From Ancylonema sp. (Eukaryota): a stretch of 59,520 nt of DNA. Below the pieces are notes generated by a model that was given only the letters and a program-made list of their open reading frames with translations, did not search any database and was not told the origin of the DNA. The position numbers were made by a program, and so were the translations under genes. Numbering within the stretch: position 1 is the first letter of the stretch; every line of letters begins with the position of its first letter. The stretch covers positions 1 through 59,520 of the forward strand of contig JBFLGF010000222.1 in assembly GCA_050230475.1 (NCBI GenBank), given 5' to 3'. Of this stretch, positions 26,806 through 38,485 are shown in pieces.

Positions 26806-27294
26806 CAACATGTCATTTACACAATTGATGATAGAAATTTGCTCAACTCAATTTTATATCCTCCCGGGAAAAAAAGACTTACATCTAATCTCAAACTTCA
26901 TGCATGACATCATGATGCGACTTCTGACGATTCAGCCACGTGTATTTTTAGAAAACACTACAATTTCTAACACACTTTTTGAGAAGCAGTTTACTCATCA
27001 CATCATAGTGAGGTGATGCGGATAAGTGATAATCTTTCAACTCTAGATAAGTATATGGGTAACAACTATTCTTTTCTATTATGTCGCCAATTTTGTGGTC
27101 GAGATTGAGGAGCATTCAAATACGACATCGCAATTTTATTGGCGTTTAAACTGTTCACACCCATGATACCATTTTACCGACCAAGGAAAGTAAGGTCCGG
27201 CAACAATGAAGTCGTAATCCTTTTCAATTGCATGCTTATTGGATGGTGAATATGTGTGCAAGAATCCATACCGTTTTCGTGGACCCAAAAACAA

Positions 27295-27483
27295 CCTCTC
27301 GATCAATAAAACGGTTGGATAAGAACACTCTAATTATTTTAGTAAATTTACACCAAAAAAAAACGCGGAAAATCTTACCAGGAAAAAAATTATAAACGTT
27401 TCCCGGTCCGAACGGGTCCCGACTCCGGACCCGGTCCGTCGGCGGTCCGACACCAAAAAATAATGCCGGTCCGTGCAACTATG
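27295..27483. mobile_element. Right-end fragment of the CATAGTTGCACGGACCGG hAT-like family
   Basis: Terminal GCCGGTCCGTGCAACTATG is identical to the end at 8023. GGTCC motifs are present, with internal similarity to about 7760-7790. Confidence 0.7.
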
Positions 27484-28221
27484 GTTATACCCAACCTGCT
27501 TTATAGTGCATATCGTTAAAACTACATGGCGTATCACATTTGTGTAATTCCATTGCATACTTATCCATATGAGGTGCGAAAAAATGTAATATAAAAATGG
27601 GGATTACGTCACATTTTGTGCACATGACCCCCCCCCTCCCCACGAATAATTTCACCTCCGAACGGAGCTGGATTGGAGATTCCGAATCTGATCGAAACCA
27701 ACTATGCCTTATAATACTTGAGTTCATTGACAAAGTCTTCTGCGGGATACCTTTGTTACGTGTTTGGTAAACGAACTTCACCAATTACTCGACTTATACA
27801 ATGCACCTCCAAGCATTCTTGTAGCAAGGGTGGGGGAGGGGGGATATATATTTGCAAATGTATTCTTCCAAGTTTTTATAATGACAATCAAAGTGTGGAT
27901 TACACTTGCTTACAAATCTATCAAGAGCGACATGCTATGGGAGACAACCGAGTCGCTCTGTTGTTTGATGCGAATGTGACAAACCCCACATTCGAGGACG
28001 CGACTTTACCTGCAAAATCAACTCATCGAGACATGAATTCAACACAACTCGGGTCACCACGTTGTGCTAAGTAAGAAGCCAAGATATCCGCCATTCACAC
28101 ACAAATGACCTTCAAGATTATTATAGCAACCAGTATCCAAGTACCACTTTTCACCAAGTATCACTTTTCCACCTTATATCACAAAAACTGGAAACTTCAT
28201 ACATGTTTCTCCTCCTCAATA

Positions 28222-30352
28222 TTATATGCCGCTCAATATGTACAGAAATATCTCACCAATTTTTTCTTTTGGAAGCTTTTCGATATCTTCCTTCGACTCT
28301 CCCTTCCTCTCATTTATAATCACGACACACAACTTGATTATATGATGTGCCTTGAACATGTCTGCCTCAACAAACACATCGATGGCGTTTTCTAATGTGA
28401 TGTAACATTTGCATATGTCCATGACACATTCCATTAAATCCGGGACAAGATACTTGTCACCTAGTGCCCAGAGTTGGACAACCCAGAGACTCTGAGTATC
28501 AGAAGCCAACTTGCCCGTATACAAATACTCCAAGAATTGTCTTATCGCAAGGTCCGAGAAATCTGTCATGTCAATGCGCCTCGTTTGTGCTTCGTCCATA
28601 CCAGCGGTGAGCATTGCCTTGAGCACTGGTGACGCAACCATCTGCATTATAATGGATTTTATTTTTTTTGGGTTTTTTTTTTTCGGGTTTTTTTGGGTTT
28701 TTTTTTACCTTGGAACATGAGAAGATCAATAACATATTTGTTGCAACCACGCAACACCTTAGACTTGCCCCGTTGTTTGATGATATTAAAGGCATTGCCG
28801 ACCAAGAATACTCTCACCTCACGGACACCAAAGAGAATAATCAGCGACCACGATATGTACCAACACCTAAAGATATCCGAACTCCAAGACATAGTAAAAT
28901 GACATGGAGCACACAATATATTCGATCCCCATACTGTAGCTTACCAGGACCACTTGGTGAGCTCGCACAGTGCCGGAACTTGTCACGATAGTGATGTCTG
29001 TGCTCACACCCTCGTCTTGGAAGGCCCACAACTTCTCCCCAAGCGTAAATGAAGCTCTTGCTATAGAACCGTCCGGTTCCTACTCCATAGCAATCACAAT
29101 AGCCACTAAAGCACGATTACGGGGGAGAAAACGGTTTCGTCATATTCTGACACAAGAACCATCTAGTTGGTCAAAAAAAGTCCTCCTTCAGCCTGATGAA
29201 GGAGGTAATTTCAAAATATGGGAAATAATGACGCGAAACTTTGATGTCCTGGACACGGGTTTCATTGATATACATACTTCAATAGTCAACAAATAAATGT
29301 AAATAGTGACTAAGGACCTGGGAGTAGAGGCATCCATACCTCAATGCACACTACGAGCATTAGGGTATCCAACACAAGGAATCCGTTTTCGAGGTCATGG
29401 AGGGACTTCAAAGGGATAAACAAGGTGAAACCCCAGTCAGATAAAGTAGATGAAAATGTATGACGCGTCTCTGCACACCTCAAAAACGATACACTTCAGC
29501 ACATGTGAAGTCCAACCACCCTAACCCTATCCCTATCCCGACTATTGCTATCACAAAATCTAAAGTTATCGACGTAAGTAACTTCAGGAGCTGGTTGCAC
29601 ACAATGGAAGAAGTCTTCCGAATGCACGAATGTGGAAAATGCTATAATGCTTACCTTTGCGCAAGGACTACGATTTTGATAGTTGATCCTTCAAAGTCAA
29701 TGAAAAATACGTCTCACGCTCCTCCTTGTAACCATGCACTGATTGCGGAGAACTGTCCAGATAGATGCTGAGGCAACCTGCACCATTTCCCTTTGGATAT
29801 ACAAGAACTCTCCTGAAAGGGAACACGAAAAACAGACCAGGTAGGAGTTGGAATCAAAACATCTCTGAACTACAAACAAGCTTGGTATGACATGTAGCCG
29901 CCTAGTATCAGGTGTTGCAACACACTAAAAAAATAATTAGAATCTGAAAACCATCTCGGAGTCTACATGAATGTAGACCGCTCCCATCAAACATTTGTAG
30001 CGCATTCATTCCTCCTTTCCTCCCTTCTATAGCCTCAGAGAGGCGTCCAAACCAAAATCACGTCCTCTAATTTGCACAATCCCATATGCCCCACCGACAT
30101 CACAAGCAGGTTGCACTAGGTGCAATACAATCCATCACTATAGGGAACTGTGCGTAAAGGTTCACCCTAGATCCCCCTCCCCACAAGGTACCCATGGAGA
30201 AAACTAAGACTAGAAGGAAAGCTGTGGTCTCCAAACTTACCACTGCAGTCCAGCATACTCAAAGAATGTAGTTTCTTTTCGTTTATCGCAGAAAACCCCG
30301 AAATCGACCAGACAAAGGCTTGTTTAAGAGTCGTCTCTGTCTTCTCTTCCAT
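28222..30352 (-). pseudogene. MATH-BTB (BPM/SPOP-like) CUL3 adaptor, disabled
   Basis: Exons 30352-30241, about 29812-29655, 29470-29340, 29079-28945 and 28641-28222. MATH motifs FVWSISGFS, FEYAGLQWRVLVYPKG and DWGFTLFIPL. BTB motifs TDITIVT..RAHQVVLMVASPVLKAML and FLEYLYTG. Exon 1 has a frameshift (about 30265) and there is an in-frame TAG at 29670-29668. Confidence 0.85.
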
Positions 30353-31612
30353 GATTTTTGGGTAGGCAGTTATCACAGCAGCCGATCCAGTCTCGATCTC
30401 AACCTTCCGTCCTAAGCTTTCAAGCAATGCCGTTGCTCTTTTTTTTTTCAATACGTCGTTAAAGCTGAGGGTGAAGCCGAGAAGCGTACTCCTCCACATG
30501 ATGATGGACAGTGCACAAAAAGCTCTGCATTGGACAAACCAGCTTGCCAATCCCTCAACTTTTATTGTTTGGTACGCACCGACTTTATGTGAATAGAAAC
30601 TGTAACTGGCATTCATGCTGACAGCACCACATACGGACCAGACGAACGTAAACGGCGGAGGACTGCTGGACGACTTCAAGACACAGACAAGAGAAAGAGC
30701 TAGGCAAAAATTCAGTATGCGGTACTTTTTCAGGAAGCCATTGGCGGGCTGAGAAAATCGAATCAAATCACGAACTACCGAGGGTCGAGTGACGGCTTTC
30801 CATCTGAATGGCTTACTTACCTTCACGACACGGCTTCCGACGACAGCATCATACTTAATTGCAAAACTGGATGAGGATGAATGACAAGAAGGGCATGGAT
30901 GAACGGACTGAGAAGTGTGAAATGATTGGTTAGCAGAATAAAACTAATCGCAATCACGATGTGGCGGTGGGTTCATATCCATGTCATGTCCCGTATTTTC
31001 TGATGTACAAAAAACACTAAAAAAAAATGTCTTTGAAAACAGGTCCAACGTGAAATTCTTAACAAGTTTGGTGCAAGTGGATCAAAAGACTGGCGACAAC
31101 ACGATCCCACCACTGACAGCCTCCTCAGGTTTGCCAACTGCTCCATTTCCCGGCATCACAATCTGGAGCTCGAAGCCTGGAGCCAACAAAGACAGTGCAT
31201 TTCATTGAGCCCGGAGCCCAGAGTGTCTATGGGTCGAGCATTTATTTTGTGAGCTCAGCTCGGATCCAGTCAATTCGGGCTCAAATCACCGGACCGGATC
31301 TCAGATCCGGGCAATAATGAGATCGGGAGTTATGGACGGCCCAGGCTGGTACCCCACCAAAACACCGTTTGCCAACGCAAGGAATGAAGTGCACCTCATT
31401 TTGCCGCATGATATGTTGATCATCACCCAGCATACCTCCAAATTATGCCCAAAGATTTGCGAGGCGGTATCGGATGCTCTTACAGTGCCAATGCTTCTAA
31501 GCGCAAAAGGAAATCTGTATGTGAATCGCCAGACGACCGGACAGAGGGTCATCAAATCTACTTGAATACACCTGCAGATCTAATCTTGAGATTAAAGCGA
31601 AAGTAGCTCCCT

Positions 31613-34600
31613 ATGTATACTCGAAGATCATCATTAATTTCGCAAAGAGAGGCCCTAAAGAGGCCGAAATTTAAAAGCGTGAAGTGGCCGACAGATGATG
31701 CCTTGCTGAAGGTACGCAGCGGTGCCTACAGTATCCGCTCAGTATCATATGTCGTGAATACTATAAATGAATGCGACCGCAGAGGGAGGCAAAAATCAGC
31801 CTGTGAGCACTCGGGATACTGAAGACGGCTAGTTTGCTCGGCAACCGCTTGCTAGGGTTTTGCAGTGAGGGTTGTTACAAAGGCATTATTTAGGATCGCT
31901 ACTACAAAGCACTAATCGCACAGAATCAAACCAAAGGAAACTTGGAGGGCACGAAAAACTCTCGTCCCTTCTACTTTGGAGTCTGCACATCAGGCCATTC
32001 CTCATATCAAAAACAAGTAAACAAATTTTCGAATGGATACGCTCCGAGTTCCCTTTAAAAGTTATGATATGCACTGCCGTCGTCTGAGAACTCGAGAGCA
32101 CAGTGTTCACGAAGTACTGGAATGTACTTGCAAGGTCTGTACATTCCAGTACTGCCAAAGGTGCCCCAGTGATTCGCGTATTTCCAAGCTGGAACTGTAA
32201 AATGTTTCCAGCTTATGAGTCCAGCAGGGCAAAACTAAAGCAACACCAAGTGCAGTATTAATCAATGAATTATGCTTTCCTACAGAGTATTTCCGTATAT
32301 TCGATGACCCCTTCTTGCCTTGGTGTTCAGACGTACAAACGATGCAAGAAAGTTAAGCATGCCACCTCGATTCCTTCGAATGTTTGGTATAGATTCTTTA
32401 TACATAACTGGTTAGGGAATGACCACGACATCCAATAAGTCGATACACGCCCGACACAGGGTTCTGAAAGCTTCAGAATTGAGCCTCTGCTCGAAAAGTC
32501 AGTCCCTAGTCCATATTCCCCTTCCTACAGGTCCGTTTGTTTAGTTCCGAAGATGCTCCCTCCATGGCCGCCACCGACTACCAGCAGTCTCAATTCAATG
32601 AAACGCGCAAGCGAGGCCTCGCATCAGCTTTCGGAACCTCTCACTCCCACACTGTGCAACACGATCATGGGGACCCCCGCCTAAAACGCATGAAAGTGGA
32701 TGAGCAGCTTGTGGATGCAGTGCATGCAACCATACCGTGGAAGGCGCCTCCACGTGTAAGCACTAGAAGTGGACATTTGGAAGGAGCAGCCTGCGATGAC
32801 ATCACTTTCAGCATAGTGATGTCATTATCAGGATGATAGACGGTTATCGAACCGGATACCATCGTGGGTTTACGGTCATCTGCTCCGGTTTGCCATGCCT
32901 TCGAGTCCCAAAAGAAGGCAGGAGAAAGTATGAAGCTCGGGTTCGGAAAGCCGGTGCGAACGGAAGGCTTTCTTGAACACGTGTGGGGGGTTGATGGCAT
33001 GTGGGGGCAGTTTGACCTGAACCCTAGCTGGAAAGTTGTCGCTGGAGGAGGCAGTTTGGAATTGGATGCGCAGCGACAAAGAGAGAAGAGAGTTTTCGAA
33101 GCTTTCTACCCCCCACCATCCCTTGTTCCTCACAGGTGTGTTTTGTGTGTCCACTGCAAGGGTTTCAGAATTCAGGAACAGGAGAGGAGACTGTGAGAGA
33201 CGGGCGAGTCAATGGGGGTCTTTCAAAGGGGGACGTTCTGTTATGTGGGGTGCGGTTATATCACGAAAGGCTTAAAAACACACACTGTATGTACCAACAA
33301 CGAGTACCCAAAACGTGGGACGAGAAGAACTCTGAAAAAACCAAAGATGGCATATATGCTTGACAGAATCCTGCATCCTACACCGAAATGTGAAACCTTA
33401 CACCCTAAACCTTACAGCTGCATGTGTCTTTCAAAGACCAGAGCCTTCATCTAGTTGTTTCCGTACCCAAAATGAGACATACAAAAAAAGAGCACATCCT
33501 GGCCTTCCTATCTGGGGCAGGCCAGGACTGGGCTTGACTTTATACAAATTCTCCCGTGTCACACTCACCTCCTCGGTTTCTGAATGCACGTCCACATGCA
33601 ATCACGCACCCTCACAGTTCCAACATTGTGCATTCTGCGAAACTGGATGCTTCTGGATGCAGTCCCGGGGAACCAACGAAGCCTCAAATGGAATACGATG
33701 ACAGTACGATACCTACAATTCCGATGGTAGCAGAGGACGAGGACGAGGAACTGGAGTCGGAATCTGTACCAGAATCTGGTCCAGATACAGATCCGAATCC
33801 GGATGCTCGGAAGTCTTTGACAGCAGATGTGTCCTCACAAGGTACAATAGAAAGGGATCGTTTGTGTATCAAATGCCCGTCTCCTCAGCCCACCTCTATA
33901 CAGTCACAATCTGCAGCTTGCCCTGGTGTTCCTGTTTGGTAGAGGGGATTCTAGTGAGGCCAATGAGGTAACGCCACCTGTCCCCTCAACCTTTTGCTGC
34001 AGGAAAGCCAGACCCCTTGAAGGACAACAGTGGGGTGGAGATGGGGGGTGGCATTATCCCAACCCCCAACTCACTCACTGCCCAGGTTAGCTTTGTTAAG
34101 TCCGAGGACTCTGGCCGGTCCCCTGCCACCTCAGCTGCCACCCCCGCAGTCAGTAGCCCGTTTTTACCCTCAGGGGTGAATACTGAGCGCCCGTTTTCCC
34201 CACCCCCCCCCCATCCAACCGCAACCGTTCCAGTCCCAACCTCTCCTGCAGCTGCGCTACCTTTGCCAACCGCCCCGCCTGTGCCAGCTGTCCCTGATAC
34301 ATCTGCTGCCAGCCTGGCAGCTACCTTAGCGACTCTAGCCACCCCCGCAGATAGGAATCTTCTGCTTGCAATTCTGAAGGACCCTGTCCTTCGAGCCCAG
34401 GCGATGGCAATGACTATGGAGCCAGCTGGCAAGGGCCAGGAGACCGGTCAGGAGCAGCTGACACCTGGCGGTCGACAGAATCTTTCTACGCAAGTCCCAC
34501 AGGGCGGTCGGTATCTCACTGCGAGTCAAAATTCAAGTCAAAGCTGTGGTCAAAGTCAGAGTCAGAGTCAGAGTCAGAGTCAAAGTCAAAGTCAACTTCC

Positions 34601-36089
34601 AGGCTCCCCTCCTCCTGCCAGATCTCCTCAAGTCAAGCAGTACTCTGTAGCCTCGCAAACCCCCAATCCTGTCCGGCCACCTGGCATACTCCCACCTCTA
34701 ACTCCGCCCAGGCCTGCTCCAAACAGTCCCCCCATCCCCCCCCCACAAAACCCGCCCCTGGCTCCATTCTCCACCCCGAATTTCCGCCCCTCCCAACCCC
34801 ACAATTCCGCACCTCCCAGAGCTCTGAAGGACACCCCTTACGGAAACGGAACCTCAAACGGATCTGAACCCTACACCCCGCCAAACCCCAACCCCCACCT
34901 ACTCAAGCCCCATCCCCAGACCCAGCCGGTTCTGTCATCCAAGGGTGGGCAGGAGGCAATGTTCCGATATCGGCCCACCCTCTACCCCCATCCTCTTGAT
35001 CAGCAAAGGGTTTCTTTGACGGCCTTCAACCCTAAACCTCAGGTGAGAGAACACTTGAAAAACCACAAACCCAAACCCCGGAACAACTTAACCCCTTTGA
35101 CTTAAACCCCCCATCAAATTCGGAGGCAATTACTTTCCCCCCATCCCCTCCCTCGTAGCCCTTGCGGAAGTTAAGTATGCGTTTTTTACACTGACATCCT
35201 CAGGTTTGATGTAGGTGTTATCTTATTTTGTAGTAGTCATCCAACACGGCGCGATTATAGAGGCGCGATTTTTCCGAGTTTTTATTTGTGCACCCACCTG
35301 GGCCTCAAGCAACCATCTCGAGGGGAACTCTAGTTGGGTTCTTACAACATAATTAATAACAGTTGCGAATTCGTGCCCTCTCCCCTGCCCCTTCCTGCCT
35401 CTACCCCCCCCCCCCCTGCCCCTGCCTCTGCCCCCTGCCCCCTGCCCCCTGCCCCCTGCCCCCTGCCCCCTGCCCAGCCCCTTCAGCCTCCAGCCAGCCA
35501 TATACCCCCGGACCTCTCAACCTATTTTTTGCACCCCAAGGCGATTGGTGGAGAACTTGGAAAGCAGAGCCCAACCGCTCACCCCAGGGGGCCTTTGCCA
35601 GCTGTCCGTCCGCCATTCGCCATTGCCCTGGGTCGCTCTGACGCAACAGGGGAGGTGAGGAGGGCCGGACCCCCCTTCAACCCTAACCTCTTCCCCAATG
35701 ATGCAAGGCACGGGGGTGAGTGGAGAATTGGGATACCCCGGGGCGAGGAGGGGGTGTGGCCAGAGATTTTCAGACCCCCCCCCCCCGCTATTGCGGCTGG
35801 GGGTTTGAGGGGGGCTGGTGTTGCCATCGATTTTGATCAAGGTCGACTGGGGAGTAGAGAGGTTGGGCAGCCGAGTCCGGGGATGGGGGATGGGGTGGTG
35901 CTAGGGAGGGGGGGGGGGGGGAAGACAAGAAGGGGAGTCAGAAATAGGGGGAAGGGAAGGGGGTCAGACGTGTTGGCTTGTAGATTCTACAGCACGCCAG
36001 GGGGGTGCCGGAGTGGAGACGCCTGTAAGTTTCGACACGAGGGAGGGGGTGGGTTGAGCATGGGAAGGGGAAGGGGGGTCTCCTTATAG
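31613..36089 (+). CDS. CCCH zinc-finger protein, AtC3H6-like / PNUTS-like PP1 regulator, 6 exons
   Basis: Exons 31613-31711, 32531-32755, 33011-33135, 33663-33841, 34003-35042 and about 35487-36089. Motifs KSVKWPTDDALLKVRLFSSEDAPS, IPWKAPP, WKVVAGGGSLELDAQRQREKRVFEAFYP and SPGEP..YDDSTIPTIP, then a Pro-rich linker and C-terminal CRFYSTPGGCRSGDACKFRH. Confidence 0.85.
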
Positions 36090-38052
36090 GGGGGGGGCGT
36101 TATAGAGGGCCTTCAGAGGGGGCGCGAAGAAGAAGGAAAGGAGAGGGGGAGGGGAGGGGAGGGGATATGGGAGCTGTTGGCTGATGCGCTCCAGATTGTG
36201 GAGGTGGGTGTGGGTCTTTGGGCGAGATAAAGGTGGTGGGAGGACGGGTTGGAGGTGGTAGGGGAAGGTGCCCATTAGTCATGTGTGTGTGGGGGGGGGG
36301 TGGTGGCGCAAGAGGTTAAGGGTTGGATGTGACTTTGAAAGTAGGAACCGGCGAAAACGGTAAGGTTTCGGTGATTCGTTGTACTAAGCTTCTGGACTTT
36401 TCGTTTCCTTTTCACTCATATGTGGCACTAAGTTCTAAAGAGTCTAGGGGGTCAAAGGAGCCGATGATGTGCTTCCCTCATCACCTCTCTTCGGGTTACG
36501 GCTGTCGGGATTATAACCTTTGATGTCACCAAGTCGCAGTTTTGAGTTCGAATCTAAGCATCCTTGTCATTATCCATGTATATAAGTATTACAATGTGAG
36601 CGCACAAATGAATGGATTTGGACACGAGGCCAAACTTTTGGATTGTAATCATTCTCGGCAAACGAATCCCAAAAAGAATGAAGAGTGAGTTTCTTCTGAT
36701 TTCATTGGTGACATGTTGCTCGAACGACTCGTGTGCAGATGGATTGTTTCGAGGGCGGACATCAAAGGCGCACGCATGCGGCTGTCCCTGACTTCGCAAG
36801 CCGAGTTTGGGAGTGTGGTTACCCTGGGAGTGTGGCTTAAATAGATAACAGAGCAAGCTGTCCCCGCGTGGGATTTTATGTTTACTTTGCACTTTTTGTT
36901 GGAATCAATAGAATAGGTACTCTTTGTTGTCATGGCGCGCACTCTGTGTCCAAACACTTGAGCAGCAACAAAATCACCAATCGTGCTCCACGTATGATGG
37001 TATGAAGCACGGTTGGATAGAGTTTGTGTATTTTGTCCCGATAAATGTGGGGTGCCATAAATTTGGTTGGGTCCGGCATCGATGCGAATACCTTCGGACC
37101 ACTCCGTTGTGAATGATGTATCGCTTGCTTCATGTGGTGCACTACTTCATCATGTACCTCACTTTAAAGAATCCATTTGGGGGGGAGAAACGAAGTTCCT
37201 TAAGACACTATATTCATTTGCGGATCATAGTTGTGTCTAGAGGAGAAGATTTTACGCATACCCAATTCCCTTACCGGGCTGCTTCTACTTTATTATCGTG
37301 ACCATCAAGGAACTCCAGTTAAAGCCCATTTATTTTTCGGCGCATTGATTCATTTTCACCGCTAATATCCGTAAAATGTCCATCAGGAATGCAAGAAGTT
37401 AGGTTTTGCCTCTAACAATGACCCGGTAGTGTACACACATAAGCACCGATCAAAAACCGGCCCAAAAAAACAAGTATTACTAATATTTATTGTACTACGT
37501 ATCTGAAACTTTATTTGGGAGTCCTTGCGTACTAGTTTTTGTTTCAATATCCACACACGTGAAATTTGTGTGACTTTTGAATGTGCAGTACGCATTTGAA
37601 CCGTTATAGGCAGTTACGCTATAATCCATTAGAAAATATGTATACTAATTTACTTGATCAATGCGGAATATTCATTCAAACGACTTTGATTTGATAATAT
37701 TTTACCGTAGATAGGAAAAGCGCAATACTGCGCATTATACCTTCTCTTCTTTATGACGTGGTTTCTTATGCTTATGGTGGGATTCTGGCGAAATGAGAAA
37801 CGAAAAAGCCAAAAAAACCGGTGAAAAAAAGAAAAAAAAAAAAAAAAAAAAAAAGCGAATAGTATTTCATTTGTATTTCATTTTTCATTTTTCTTTTCAT
37901 TTTTTATTCAAAAAAACGTAATACATAATGATACCTAACAGGTTTAAAAAGACGAATTACATGGTCTCCCAATAGTATTTGTGTGGAGCGATCTAAAGCT
38001 AATATTTATGTACCCCATCCAAGATCCTTGGTGATGATTCATTGGGACGCCT

Positions 38053-38484
38053 TGTTAGTTTTTAGGGGCTGTGAACTTTTTTCGTTATATCGATTTTAGC
38101 AATACCGGGAATTTAGCTTTAGTTTTGTCGTTATTCAGCAAATGCATGCTGCAGGCAGCCTGCAGGCCGGGTGCAGGCCGATGTCCTTGTTTCAATGATA
38201 ACTTGGCCATCTGGCACAAGTGTCGATAAGAACTAATTGATGTGGCAGAATGCTTAGATATGATTGGCAATTGACGAAGTAGTTTCGATACCAGATTCGT
38301 TGACCAGACAACAATCGACTGTACTAGGTCTGAGCTTGCATGCTGAATTTCTTAATCAGACTTTCTACTACTTCAAACTTGCACTTTTGTTGTGTGTGTC
38401 AACGTTTGGACGTGATCTGTCATTCAAGAGTTATCTGAGAGAGTTGTGCTTTATTCTTGCATCGTGGCAGAAGAAGCACTCACA
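38053..38484 (+). repeat. Copia 5' LTR
   Basis: Direct repeat of 43045-43478, followed by the PBS. Confidence 0.95.
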
Positions 38485-38485
38485 G

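Noticed and set aside
941..29670. TAG stop-codon reassignment explaining the in-frame TAGs
   Set aside because: CP12 ends at its conserved C-terminus (YED) with TAG, NAGS and C3H also end in TAG, and the affected genes have frameshifts too.
30353..30826. N-terminal part of the 219-aa minus ORF as coding
   Set aside because: MATH similarity begins only at the Met at 30352. The upstream part looks like UTR or intron.
37300..37326. 5S rRNA-like fragment CCATCAAGGAACTCCAGTTAAAGC
   Set aside because: Short gapped resemblance only, with no flanking 5S sequence.
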